A stretch of DNA of 64,000 nt from Ruditapes philippinarum (GCF_026571515.1 NW_026853051.1:1-64000); one strand, 5' to 3'; counted from the stretch's first letter, positions 37,105-51,393 are shown. The notes: generated by a model from the sequence alone, not told the origin. Numbers and translations: made by a program.

Positions 37105-38369
37105 TTAAAGGTTAAATGTTATAAGAAGTAGAGGGGTTAAAGAGGCCCCTATACAACATTTATAAATTGAATAATTAGCAGTTTGAACTTATGACCAATA
37201 TGATAGCTCTTATAGAATAATTGATTGTGATTGATGGACATGAGTCATAATAATTTATGCATTGTCCTTGAGATAGTAGTTCCATCAAAATTAGTTGTTT
37301 CTCTAGTACTGTGGGCAATCATGTTGTACAAGACTGAAGAACAAGAAAAAAAAGGGGTCTTAGATACTATTATTGATAAAATACTCTTTCCATAACTACA
37401 TTTGCAAATGCACTGAGTCTTTGATTGATTTACTACATTAGTCACAGAGGTAACTTTATAAGTATACTGACAACTACAGACGGGGGTCAATCCTGACATT
37501 TATGTCAGACAATAAATTTTCTACAGAAATCAATATTGTCATAAGAATATGCTGTCATTTCAATATACTGGTAACCTGTATATTATATATCATATTATCG
37601 TATATGTACAAACTTATTCACACATGTTATTGTGTGATTGTATAGTTCAGAAATGTTTAGCTACATTCAACTGAAACCTTTGTGTCATTTATTATAAAAT
37701 GTTTTATGATCCCTGATTCCTTTAGTCTCACCATCACAGAAAAAACAACAATGTTACAGATTAGAATTATTAAATTTAAGAAAATAGAAACTAGGAAATA
37801 GGATTAAACATAACACGGATTGACAACATTAATTATTTGGTAACTTTGGACAATTGGCAGATATGTCAAGGATATATGGAAAACATAGAATGCTAAATAC
37901 AACTGATATTTGAAACATGCGCTTTGGTCATGTTAAAATTCTTATAAACATACTATATCAATGGTCTAAATTTAAACTCATTGTGTAAACGCAGCTGTTG
38001 GTGTACACCGAATCTAGAATAGTAAGAACTGTCGATTGTTTATTTCCCAGCAAATGTCCGGAATGATCAAGGGAAAGACTGTAAGATCAGGTGTACGATA
38101 AATCTTTCATTTTCTCCCCGTTGTGGATTTTATGTTTTATAGTATGTCCATTTATTCTTGGGTCGTGGAAATACAGTGGCAAACATAATAAGTAAGTTTA
38201 CAGATATAAGAAAATAGTTTTCAAGTATATGTACAAAAATTAATAAATGAAAAAAGTCAAGGTATTAATTGTGTTTAACCAATGTGAGCTTCTTTTGACT
38301 TTTCCCTCTAATTTCCCCTGATCGATATTTACTAAAAATTACCAATTATTCTTTTCAACATATAACTTT

Positions 38370-38963
38370 TTATTACCCTTCCAGATTTTTTCCGCCTTTT
38401 TGATTGGATATTGATCACCCGAAAGAAATTGATATAACCGAGCCAGACGGGTAATATACACACTAAATTTCCCCGTTTGGTACCCAACGTTGTAAACAAC
38501 ATGCGCTGAGGTGATGCGCGTACGGTTCGATTATACGCGGTGTAAATTCCGATTTAAAAGCACTTTTTAACTGTCAAATGATAAATATTTACCAAAGTAG
38601 AGTAATGATACATATAACCATCAGTATCGAAAACAAATATGACCTACTCCTTTTCTCTTGTTTACTTTCGTAAGGTACGGGAAAAATACGTCATGTATTT
38701 ATGTGACGTCATGTTGTGACGAAGAGGTATCCTAAAGGGAATCTTATTTAGACGTTTCAATTGAAACAGCAATGATTTTTTAAAAAATCGTCTAAACTCG
38801 GCAGGGGAAGGGTAATAAAATTATTATTTTGGTTTTGGAGTGATATATGTGGATATATTACCTGCCAAGATAAAATATCACCCTCGCCTAACGGCTCGGG
38901 TGATATAAAATCTTAACAGGTAATATATCCACATATATCACTCCAAAACCAAAATAACATATA
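38370..38963 (+). mobile_element. Non-autonomous TSD-less DNA element with asymmetric IR and long terminal hairpin (Crypton-like or Helentron-like)
   Basis: 13-bp IR at 38370-38382/38806-38818 followed by a ~135-bp hairpin at 38824-38957. The empty site actttttgtgaa at ~23415-23426 shows no duplication. Confidence 0.75.
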
Positions 38964-39957
38964 TTGTAAATTTTCCATTAAATCTACCTGTTTTATTATA
39001 AGTTTTACATATTTTCAATCAAACATACGAATTTTTGGTTTCTGTTTAAGTAAAACGTTATCGATTTAATATGAATAGTTTTAAAGTGAGGAAACACGAA
39101 ATTTTTTAATTATAACTGGACCATGATATCTATGAGTAAGTTGACATATGTTTGAGTGAAACTTATTCTCAAAACAAAAAACTATATAAGAATTGACCTT
39201 AAAAGGAAAGTGAGATTGTCATACGCGATCCTTAAGCTTTTGTTCATGATATTTTTATTTTCTATTCAGCGATTTTTAGGAATTAATGAAAAAAATGGAA
39301 GTACATATTTCCCAAATTAAAAAAATAAAGGTCAATGTATTTTACAAAAGCATTTGTTTAGCATATCGTTTAAAACAAACTCTGAAGTCAATATTGTTTT
39401 AGATGTTAAATCAGATAACAATTTTGTTTGATTTGCAGAAATAAAAATGATGGCGCCAAAAATAATTAAGCTGCGTTTAAATTAATTTAAATTATAAAAA
39501 AAAATACTCTCATCATTGTCACGGCATCATTTTTCTGCTACTTAAATCTTAATAAAGTCTTGTAAGATTGATCTAAATGCTCTATCTATTTCCTCTTTCA
39601 TGCCAAATTTAAACAATTTATGGCTTTAATTTGACAATTTTAACACAATATATGTTTGTGTATCACTTATATATTATACAAGATCCTGGTTATTCTGATA
39701 TTATGTCCATTATAAACTTCAAAGTTACGTAAATGTTAGATAACTTAAATGTCTATTCACATAGTATAAGGATTTTTGTAAGGCTGTAATTAAAAAAAAG
39801 AAAGTAGATTCATCACTTCAAGACCTTTAATTTCTCAAAACTAACATGCCGATTAATGAATTTTACCAGCGTGTTCTGGTATAAAATTACTTTGTAAAAA
39901 TCTCTTAAATCAAAGTAAAGTTTATGATGATTGAGATATATTTATCTATATGATACA

Positions 39958-40303
39958 TATAGAGGATATTGACTGAGCGTAGTTTAAAACTAAATTTATT
40001 GAACGAGTTGAATAAAATCATATTATGCCGGCCTTTGGCGAGCATAATATTGTTTTATTCAACGAGTTCGCTAAATTTAGTATTGAATCTACACGAATAT
40101 AATATAATATTTATCACATATATAAAATAAGAACAGTTAACTGTTCAATGACATGCCCATACTGTAGCGCTTACATTTGCGCGCTTTAACGCTATGTTTC
40201 TATATAGCGCAAATGACGTCACGTCAAAGTGTTATTACACTAGTGTAATATCGTTTTTATTAAAAGACTTTATTACACTCCTGCGCCGCGGTTTATGTGT
40301 TAA
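39958..40303 (-). mobile_element. Second family of TSD-less hairpin element, opposite orientation
   Basis: Hairpin at 39989-40081, then IR tttatcacata (40110-40120)/tatgtgttaaa (40294-40304). Absent from the paralog at ~23792-23810. Confidence 0.75.
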
Positions 40304-41309
40304 AATACATTATAGCTGTGATAACTGTGTAATATCATTAAATCTCATGAGATATTTGTATTAAATATGGTTTTTAATAGAGACATACGTATAATTTAAT
40401 CGAAGATTCAATATGTATGTGTATTTCTAACAATGAGTTATTACAAAACAAAAACAGAACAGAACATGTGCTTTATTCTCACTTGAGCCCAACACTCATC
40501 ATTATCAATTGAGCTCAACACCATTTATAATAACAAACACATACATGTAATAACTCTCTATATTTAATTTACATTCCTTACTAACCCACTTTTCAAATTA
40601 AAGTCATTATGCAGAAAATAACTAAATAACATGCAACTGAGCTTGTTAAAAAACATTTAAAAAATCGGTGAAAGTCTTAGTGTGTTGGTAATATCTCTGT
40701 TGTTATTTTGTTCTTGTAAAAAACTTTTCTAGGTTTTGTATATAATATGACACGGATGTTCCTATTTTATGCTGATCGTGTACTTATGCTAACAAATGTG
40801 GTAACTGGATTTGTCTCAACCATGACACTATTCAGATAGGAGTATACGAGTATATAGATTGATAAATGTATAAAGAAAAGACATGCAATATATGTATTTG
40901 TATAAGTCAACAGAAACTATTACCATGGAGACATGTAATTAGGATATATTATTTCAAGGGATGTGTTCACTCATGCCTAAGTGTATGTATCGGTTTGTAT
41001 GTGGGATGGTAACCTTTTACAGAAAACTGTTGTTTAATTGGTATACTTGTATGACTTAAACGAATGACAATCACCATGTTTTTATAATGCTATGTATTTA
41101 ACGTAAACGATTACCACAAAATAAAGCAAAACAAATCGTGACTATGTACATTGGTCACTAATGTTAAAAAAGTACAAATAAAAATTACAAATTTCTGCAT
41201 TTAACATATACATTTGTTTTTTTTTTTAAATTTGTCTCTATTTGTTAATTCGCCACCCTCCGTTCTTTTATCCCTCATAATTAATCTTTCCGGTTTGGTA
41301 TTCTACTGA

Positions 41310-41945
41310 GTTATTTTCTAGTGGTCCTGTAGGCCTAGAGGTTATAATGAACTGTTGTCTCTATGGTGATTATGCCTGGATGTTTTCATGAACTGCGTTC
41401 CTTGAACTTTGATTTCGTGTTCGGTACTACACTGAGCGTCTTTCCGGTGATCCTGTAAACTTGAACGCTATTATGAACTGTGGTCTTTTCGGTTCTTCCG
41501 TAGGGCTATATATTATTATGGACTGTGGTCTCTTCGACGGTTCTGTGAGCTGTATGTTATTATGTAATGTGGCTTTTCGGTTATTTTATAGGGCTGTATG
41601 TTATTATAAACTGTGGCTTTTCGGTGGTTCTGTAGGGCTGTACGTTATTATAGACTGTGGCTTTCCGGTGGTTCTTAAGGGCTGTATGTTATTATGGACG
41701 GTGCATTTTCGGTGGTACTGTAGGGCTGAATGTTATCGTGGACTGTGGCCTTTTCGGTGGATCTGTAGGGCTGTATGTAATTTTGGACTGTGGTCTTTTC
41801 GGTTGATCTGTAGGATTGATTGTTTTATTTTTATGCTTCTGCAGGGCTGTATGTTATTAAAAATTGTGACCTTTTCGGTTGTCCCTTATGGCCGTATGCT
41901 ACCGTGGATTGTGATCTTTCGGATTGCACTGTAGGGCTAGATGTA
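41310..41945 (+). repeat. 44-45-bp minisatellite, ~14 copies
   Basis: Paralog of 31450-32085. Confidence 0.85.
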
Positions 41946-44900
41946 ATTACAATGGATAGAGCATTCAGTTCTTTTTCCTTTGCTGATTCTTGCTCATTGC
42001 ACGTGTTCATTATCTTTTTCTGCTATTTTGTATGTTATTTTACAGCCTATTAATGAAAAGGACCTTTTGTCGTGAAAAGCTTATTAGGAATTACATTGGT
42101 TCATTAAATCAATTAAATCTTCTGTCGGAAAGCATTAGATACACTATAAGAAATTTATCAGCATGTTATTGTTTGAGCAGTAATATGACATTACACATAT
42201 CAATACAGCCGTTGTTCTGTTTGTAAGAATTTGCTGGAGAATATATGCTTTTTAACAGCTTACGTGTAAACAAGTAAAATATCGCTTTAAGGAGCTCCAC
42301 TGTAAAACGGAATAAGTGCATTCGATATTAAGTGCAATTCTTATGGTGCTAAAGCGATTATCATTTTAGGTTATTTTTAACAATAAAAATGATACCTCGA
42401 TAATTGTAGTGATCGAATGGTCTGAAATTTTGCATAGCTATCGGTATAGATCTTCACTAAATGGTATGATACATATATAAAAGATTTCTGTCCAGTCGTG
42501 TCAAAAAACTTCAGTGGAGTACATTTTATATATAATTGCCTTAAATATGTGACAAAATCAAATATAAAGAACAAAGACAAAACCATGTTTTTTTTCCAGA
42601 TATCTTATCTTGTTGAGGTTATATAAAAAGCTCCTGATATCAGTCTAATCAAAGCAATATCCGACACAAACGTTCAAAACAAATAACTTATCTACTCTAG
42701 ATTGTTGACAAAACAAGATTTTAGTTGACAATACTGTTCAAAACATCAGGTGAGTCGATATGCCGATGATTATGATTGAAAAGGACAAATACACAGAGTA
42801 TTTACTTATGATTATCCATACAGGCACAACTTTTAATAATTAGTACTTGAATATCTGTGGTACACCTGTTGTGGTGAGTGAGAGATATCATTTAATTTAT
42901 TAACGGGTATTCTTACTACTAAGTAGATTTCCAGCGACAATGTTGGAAAGCAGACGGAACTTTAAATATTGCTGAGATATCTTTCGTTGAATGATATGGG
43001 TCTAAGATGTCGCAATTTCTTTATAAATGAACAAAACCATATGTAGCAGATACGTATGAATGTAGAACCAAGATTAGCATTTCTAAGCTATTAAAACAAT
43101 AGAACCAAAGATCATCATTCACATATCTTTGCATAGCAGATATAGCACCGTCTGGAACTACGCAACACTTCTAATATAAATGGTTATATTTCCCCAGGAG
43201 ATAACGTTACTGTTTTATAAATAATCATTTGTGCAAGAAATAACAGAACACAATGTGGTTTGAATAAGGCCGTGACTTTATTGTGCATTTTGGTTAGAAC
43301 AAATATCATCGTCAAAAAAAATGAAGTGAAACAAAAATTGTAATGAGAAAAATATGAAAGACAGCTCCCAGCTAAATGCATGGATAGCTACATAGTAACG
43401 CAAAGTGCTGTAAACTATGATAATAAGCTCTGAAAATGCTTGACTCTGCTTGGACTTGCCGCTACATGGTCAACCATTCAGAATGTAAAGCAGCGTGACA
43501 TTGTACAAGAGTAAAATATTAACAAAGCTAAAGAGAAATCGGGGCAAATTACTCCCATTAAATCTCTTAACAATGAGATATTCGCAATGAAAATAATTTT
43601 AACTTGGAGAAGTTACAGTAATAATATATTAAGTCACGACTGGATTTTACACACTAATGTATCAATTTTTCAAACGTATTGGCATTATGACAGATATATT
43701 CCAGTTTTCATATATGATCAATAAAGTAAGGTACGAGAAAACAGTAAAATAAAAAAAAACATTTTTGATTTTCTATACCATGAAACTTGCAAATTGTAGT
43801 CGAATCGCCCCAAAAAACCCAAATAAACCCCTGTGGGAAAAATGGAAACCTCTACCCGTTTGTCAATGTCATACCACAAAAATGTCGGGTGCAAGTCCTT
43901 GCTAATTCATCTAAGCATTAAAGTATTTGAAAAAGGTACCATTTTAATCACTTAGCTCAAATAATAATTGTTAATACTAATAATTATTCTAATGAATTAA
44001 TTTTAAGTAATGTATAATGTTCCAAATTACAAGTGTTTATTTAATTCTACTATTAACAAAAATTATTGTAATCAGACGAGAACATTGAATGATTACCTTG
44101 AGTGTTAACACATCAAATCATTTCAACCACTTAATGCGTGGAATATAATGTTTTCTGTAGACTGTGTCGAATATGCAACAATTACTGGACGTCAAATTCA
44201 AGCACACGTGTCGATGGAGCGGCATGGCATGGTTGATCGGGGGAAGTAATAAAAAACCGGCTGGATTCAACCTGAAAAATATAAACACACGACAGCAGAA
44301 CATGTTTATGTAAAATTGAAATGCAAATAACACATGGGAAGGGAGGGTGGGATTTTAATAAGCGATGTTACCACGTCAAATTTTAAACTTGAAATGCGCA
44401 GCCTTTACAATGTATGCACAAAAAACTTGTGCCTGGTAAACTTACAAAAACCAGTTTTATCGAAAAGAATGTTTTACCGTTTCACATGGATGAGCTTTTA
44501 GGCAAATATACATATGCACCCGTCAAAAATTATACGCACCCGTCAAAAATTAAAAGGGATTTATGATTTATTTCTCGAAAGAAGATAAATATACTTTATA
44601 TATATCTATTTATTTAGTAAAACGAGATGCACTTTCGATAATAAAACCTAAAAGTTATAAGGCTTTATAACAAACATACATTTCAAACACTTTCCTGAGC
44701 AACTTCCTACTTCTGAGTTTTTTTAACAAAGGGTGTCTTTTATTCATCACACATAGATAAAATGTTCCCTTACAAAATTTCCATTTCATGTAATTTCATG
44801 GAATGTAGCAATGCCTCGCTAAATGTACCGCTTGATTTAACATAATTCTTTCAATTAAGATTTGTTTTTGTATCGGATACAAACCATTCTTCTGCTGATT

Positions 44901-46399
44901 AAAGACATCTAATTATAGTTCTATAATCTTACCTTATTTACTTCTTCAATAATTGTTAATATTTACCTCTATCTGATAAATACATACACCGTTGATGTCA
45001 CTTCCGCATATCAATAATATATCCTGAATTGTTAAGAGACTAAACAAAATCGGTATATTAGACGAGCTTCCGATGTGAAATTCTTATAGAATTTCAAAAC
45101 AACATATTGCATTGTAGTTTATAGTCTCGAATCTGGCATACTATCATTTTTTGCCAGCTGTTGTAATTCTTTATAGTTTCAAATGTTTTCTTTGCCGTAA
45201 AGAGAAATCTTAAACGAAATTTATTCAACAAAGGGTTACAAGATAAATCGTCGTCTGCCTGCAAATAGAGTGTGACTAAAGCCGTTCTGAGACTACCATG
45301 ACTTCAATTTTTTCATTCAATAAATCACTTAAGATAAGGAAGACTGAGTGATTCTCAAACGAAGAGAACGAGAAAATTTTATCATGTTGAATTCTGCTAC
45401 AGCAGGTGCTAGTGGGCGTTGATGGTAGCTTGCAATTATCACTATTGTGACATGAGCAGTATATACTTTTTCTTACAAGGCAAAGATGTGCTGAAAAGTG
45501 CGCTGTGTCCGCTTTTAAGACGCATTCATTATTATCTTCAAAGCAACGATCTAAATAATTTTTAAAAGGTACAAATTATAAACAGACATAATGAATAATA
45601 ACTATGCAATTATGAAATAGCTATGATTGCTTATAAAATATGGTTTTTTGTTATGACATAATTACGTTTATAATTTGATTAATTATACACAGTCATTGGG
45701 CGTCTTTATATTTTAGGAATAATTTTTTATTCTGTGTACAATACGTTCATCCAGAACATGGCAAACCCTTATGTTTATTGTAATAAAGGGTTGTAACTAA
45801 TTATATTGCCCTGTTTATGACTCCAGAGCTACAAATATACAGACTGTCATTATAACAAATGGTGAAACTATCTTTGAACACGCACACGAATTTAATTGCA
45901 GATATAAAAATGTTCTTTCTGATTTACAAAGCTTCAGCTCATGAAGATATGCCAATAATATTAATCAAGGATGGTAAGTATTTATCCAAAATGTCTCTGA
46001 TTGAAGATGAAGACATGAAGAAAAACGAGACAGATTTCGGTATGAACACATCCATCCAAGTTTAATCAAAAGAGATTAGATTATTTTTTAATCATTTTAT
46101 TACTTTATTATTTGTAAGTTTTTGTAGAATTAAGTTTTAGATTTGAAATAAATCTTTCCAGTTTTAATTATTTAAAGGTTAAATGTTATAAAAAGTAGAG
46201 GGTTGAGGAGGCCCCTATATTTTATTTATGAATTGAATAATTAGCAGTTTGAACTTATGACCAATATGATAGCTCTTATAGAATAATTGATTGTGATTGA
46301 TGGACATGAGTCATAATAATTTATGCGTTGTCCTTGAGATAGTGGTCTCATCAAAAATGAGTTTTTTTCTCTTGTACTGGGGGCAATCATGTTGTACAA

Positions 46400-46453
46400 G
46401 GGGGGGGGGGGGGGGCAAAAAGCCATCGAAACACGCTTATATAAGGGAAAAGG
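46400..46453. mobile_element. Terminal remnant of the 36483-type piggyBac MITE
   Basis: Matches 37061-37104 (gggcaaaaagcc.tcgaaacacgcttatataagggaaaagg), followed by TTAA at 46454-46457. Confidence 0.85.
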
Positions 46454-47006
46454 TTAAGAAATGTTTTATCCCTGATTCCTTTTGTCTTACCATCACAGAT
46501 AAAAACAACAATGTTACAGATTAGAAAAATTAGATTTAAGAAAATAGAAACTAGGAAATAGGATTAAACACAACACGGATTGACGACATTATTTGGTCAA
46601 TTTGGACAATTTGCAGACGTATCAATAACATATGCAAAATATAGAACGCTAAATACAACTGATATTTGAAATATGTGCTATAAGAAGTTTTTTATGCAAT
46701 GTGTACATAAATCTCACTGGTCATGTTAAAATTCTTATAAACCTACTATATCAATTGTCTTAATTTAAACTCATTGTGTAAACGCAGTTGTCGATGTACA
46801 CCGAATCTAGAATAGTAAGAACTGTCGATTGTTAATTTCCCAGCAAACGTCCGGAGTGATCAAGGGAAAAATTGCAAGGTCAGCTGAATGATAAATCTTT
46901 CATTTTCTCCCCGTATTCGATTTTATGTTCTAGTATGTCCATTTATTCTTAGGTCAAGATAAGTTATAAACATGATTTAGTGAGTTTACAGATATAAGAA
47001 AAATGA

Positions 47007-48528
47007 AACAAGAGGGCCATGATGGCCCTTAGGTCGCTCACCTGTATATAGGCCCCCGGAGCGGGGCAAGTTTAAACCCCAGGGCTTATATTTGAACAAA
47101 CTTAGAAGACACCCATTAGAAGATTTTTCATGATGTTAAGTTTTTACTACACACATATAATGAAAAACAATGACCATCCCCCCTCTTGCAGGGAAAATTT
47201 TAACCCAAGGGCTTTTATTTGAACAAACTTTGTAGACACTTACTAGAAGATGTTTCATGCTTAATATCTAAACTTTAGCTATTTGGGTTTTTTCAAAGAA
47301 GATTTTTAAGTTTTTGCTATACACATATAAGGAAAATCAATGACCCCCGGGGCGGGGCAAATTTTGACCCCAGGGCTTTTATTTGAACAAACTTTGTAGA
47401 CACTCACTAGAATATGTTTCATGCTTAATATCTAAACTCTAGCTATTTGGCTTTTTTCAAAGAAGATTTTTTAAGTTTTTGCTATACACATATAAGGAAA
47501 ATCAATGACCCCTTGGGCGGGGCCAATTTTGACCCCAGGGCTTTTATTTGAACAAACGTTGAAAACACCCATTAGAAGATGTTTCATGCTAAATATCTTA
47601 GCTCTAGCTCTTTGAGTTCTTTAAAAGATGATTTTTAAGTTTTTACTATATGCATATAGGGAAAATCAATGACCCCCCTGGGGCGGGGCCAATTTTGACC
47701 CCAGGGCTTTTATTTGAACAAACTTGGTAGACAGTCACTAGAAGATGTTTCATGCCAAATATCTAAGCTCTAGCTATTTGGCTTTTTTTCAAAGAAATTT
47801 TTTGCTATACACATATAAGGAAAATCAATGACCCCCGGGGCGGGGCCAATTTTGACCCTAGGGCTTTTATTTGAACAAACTTTGTAGACACCCATTAGAA
47901 GATGTTTCATGCTAAATATCTTAGCTCTAGCTCTTTGAGTTCTTTAAAAGAAGATTTTTTAAGTTTTTACTATATGCATATAGGGAAAATCAATGACCCC
48001 CTGGGGCGGGGCCAATTTTGACCCCAGGGCTTTTATTTGAACAAACTTGGTAGACACTCACTAGAAGATGTTTCATGCTAAATATCTTAGCTCTAGCTCT
48101 TTGCGTTCTTTAAAAGAAGATTTTTTAAGTTTTTACTATATGCATATAGGGAAAATCAATGACCCCCAGGGGCGGGGCCAATTTTGACCCCAGGGCTTTT
48201 ATTTGAACAAACTTGGTAGACACTCACTAGAAGATGTTTCATGCCAAATATCTAAGCTCTAGCTCTTTGGGTTATTAAAAGTTTTTTTTATTCGGTTGCC
48301 ATGGCAACCAGAGTTCTGCATGGAATTAAATTTTTTGAACAATTTTAAAGGTGACAACCAAAGGATCATTCCTGTGAAGTTTGGATGAAATTGGCTTAGT
48401 GGTTTATGAGGAGATGTCGTTTAAAGTAAAAGTTTACGGACGGACGACGGACGGACGGACGACGGACGGATGCAAGACGAAAAGCGATCACAAAAGCTTA
48501 CCCTGTCACTTTGTGACAGGTGAGCTAA
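47007..48528. mobile_element. Helentron-associated non-autonomous element (HINE/pearl-like) with internal ~165-bp satellite array
   Basis: End hairpin gggccatgatggccc and subterminal IR gctcacctg/caggtgagc. It has about 7-8 units of 159-170 bp (47053-48280), the palindrome ggttgccatggcaacc and a GACG microsatellite. It is inserted in an A-run without TSD (empty site atgaaaaaagtcaa at ~38247-38260). Confidence 0.85.
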
Positions 48529-49116
48529 AAAGTCAAATGAAATTATTGTTTTTAACCAATGTGAGCTTCTTTTAACTTTTTCCCTTTATTTTCCTCTGAT
48601 CGATATCTACTGAAAGTTACTTTATTATAACTTTTTTGTAGATTTTTCATTGAATCTAACTGTTTTATTTATCCCAAATTTAATAAAAAAGGTAAAGGTC
48701 AATGTATTATACAAAATTATTTGTTTAGCGTATCGTTTGAAAAAAAATTCTGAAGTCAAAATTGTTTTACATGTTAAATCAGATGGCATTTTTGTTTGAT
48801 TTGAAGAATTAGAAATTATGGTGCCAAAGATAATTAAGCTGCGTGTCGCTTAAATTATAAATCAATTAATCTTGTTATTGTCACGGCATCATCATTTTTC
48901 TCCTCATAAATCCTAATAAGGTCTTGTAAGATTGATCTAAATGCTCTATCTATTTCCTCTTTCATGCTAAATTTAAACAATTTATGGCTTTAATTTGAAA
49001 AGTTTAACACTATATATTTTTGTATATCACTTATATACAAGATCCTGGTTATTCCCAAGTAGGCTTTATTTATTGTGTGTCTTTTTTACTCTTTGTTTAT
49101 TCATATAATAAAAACA

Positions 49117-49245
49117 ATAATTGACTAGTGAGCCATTAAATATGATATTCACTGGCAGAAAATCATATTAACCGAGGCGATAGCATCTGCCGGTGAATAT
49201 TTCATCATATGCAATGGCTCACTAGTCAATCATTGTACATTATAT
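49117..49245. mobile_element. Hairpin fragment of a third TSD-less hairpin-element family
   Basis: Arms attgactagtgagccatt (49120-49137)/aatggctcactagtcaat (49213-49230), with a ccgaggcgatagc loop motif similar to the other two families. Confidence 0.55.
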
Positions 49246-51137
49246 CGTGTCTGTAACGTACACCGATCAATGTTCAATTCTAATAACGTATAGATCCGCT
49301 CAGTCACCATGCGAAATGCCGGCCCATACCAAGCTTGTTCTTACTCTGAAACGGTCATGCTCCGTCACACATAGTCATTGAAGTGTCCTTTCTACTTCAT
49401 ATCTGTGTCCGTCAATAACTTAGGTCTAACCATCCGTTAGGTAAATGCTAAGTAAACACTGACACCACGAGTTGTAGGCAAACTTTAGGTAGCATTAGTA
49501 GTCTAATGGGATCTGTAGTGATAATGTAAGTATGACTGATCATCGAGCACGCAAATGGAAACATGATGTCTGTTTCTCAGATGTTTCCACAGAAATTCCT
49601 TTCAAAGTCTATGATCAAAGCATTGACGAACCGTCGGCGTCGTATAACACTGGTACTACCACTACATTTGGTCATTGACGCTTTAAAAATTGTGATCTAC
49701 TGAGCAAAAAAAAAAACGTTCCGTGTTGCTCATTAGCTGTATACATAAATATTTGGTCCAATGTTATGCAAGCATTTGTTTGAGACGTTTAAATGCGACA
49801 TTTACGTGGCAAACACCATTTTCTCAGTTGTGCTCAATTTAACTTAAAGTAAGTACATTTAATAAATTTATTCAATATTCTCTGCACATTTGAGATTAAA
49901 GTCAGAAAGAGCTGGTACATTTAGACAACTCAAAATGCTGATGATTATGAAAGTCAAGCATTCAGAATCTTATTCTTTGTTTTACATCTTTAATTTGATA
50001 TCGAAGTGAACTTCATTTTCACCTGTTATTTATGATTAGTTTTAAAAGATAACTGTAGAAAAATTACAATAGTTCAATTATTGCTTTAAATCTTTTATCG
50101 GATACATTATGTCAATTTGACATAAACAAATGAATCGACTCATCCACTGAAAACTGCTTAGCTATGTCAGTAATACAAAATTCACTCTGTTGTCAAGGTT
50201 ATACAGTTTAAACACTTTAAACTGATCACAGAATGTGTTCAGTGAACACGAACTTTGGAATTTTCACGCTGAGCAAAACAAATAAATGTCCTTGTTTAAT
50301 ACAATGTATGGTATCTTTGTGATTTGATTCATCATTTTAATCTTTAAACAAGGAAACGGTAACAATTGTAAAAGTAATCAACAATCCAAGAAGATGATTG
50401 TAATAGTATTTCAGAATCATAACCTTGATGCTATTTGGAGGTTAAACACATTCTTGCGGGCACATAAAATAATTGTGAATGTTAAAGACATTTAAATCTT
50501 CACAAAGAAATTATTTGAGGTCTTAATATCTTACATATTATTTCTTTTTAATGACTCCATTCATACAAGGGGTTGTTTTTTTATGTAGCAAATAAAACAC
50601 AAACTTATTAGAAATATTATTAACATGCTACAAAGTCAGTAAACGTAGAATTATATTGCAGATATTGACTATATGCCTAATTAAGAAAGTTTAATGTTAC
50701 ATTTAAGTTAGGTATACTTTTAATTTTTTTTATTGAAATTAAGACATTGCCATCAGAATGAAAAGTTCTCTAGAAATTGAGACGACAGACCAGTAAATTA
50801 AGACACAAATGCAATTAGGAGGATTAACTAAATTATATACAATAATGCTATAGAATATGAAAAAACATGCAACTATGCAACTAACGTACATTTGTAATCC
50901 ATCTATAGTGTTGAAGGCTTAGCTTTCAAATAATTCATGATAAACAATACTAAAGAAGTATTCGAAAAAGTGTGGTCTCTCCATTTTTCCTCATCATCAC
51001 TTGAGGGGGGAAAACTGTCATTAATTTGTTTACAGTCATATGAATGAATTACCGTTGACAGATCGGAGGTACTTGTATCATCTTTAGGTTTAGTGGTTGA
51101 TTCCTTAGATATTTCTAATACATGAGGCAAATGTTCT

Positions 51138-51356
51138 TTGTTTGTTTGGGTTTTACGTCACACTGGCATATGGCGACAGTACATCTTTACTGGTGCAGGA
51201 AAGTCCTCAGGTGCCCTTTGATGCATTACTTCGGACACAAACGGGCTACTTAGTAGAACCACTGGCATTCGTAAGCAAGCTAGCCAGATAGCAACATTAA
51301 AGAATCATTTCGGGATTTGAACCCAAAGCAATGAGGGGCAAGTGGTTAGAAAGCAG
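51138..51356 (-). mobile_element. Degenerate tRNA-derived SINE (V-SINE-like)
   Basis: Minus-strand B-box-like ggttcaaatccc, a central V-domain-like segment and an (AAAC)n tail. Confidence 0.6.
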
Positions 51357-51393
51357 GCATATGTAGAACTTTAGAGCATAGCATGGGTCAGGG

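Larger units (their letters stand above)
30731..40550 (+). repeat. Segmental duplication unit, copy C (~9.9-kb period with copy D)
   Basis: Colinear, high identity to 40587-49050. Confidence 0.9.
40587..49760 (+). repeat. Segmental duplication unit, copy D
   Basis: Colinear with copy C; ends with a block homologous to 130-262 and 28617-28750. Confidence 0.88.
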
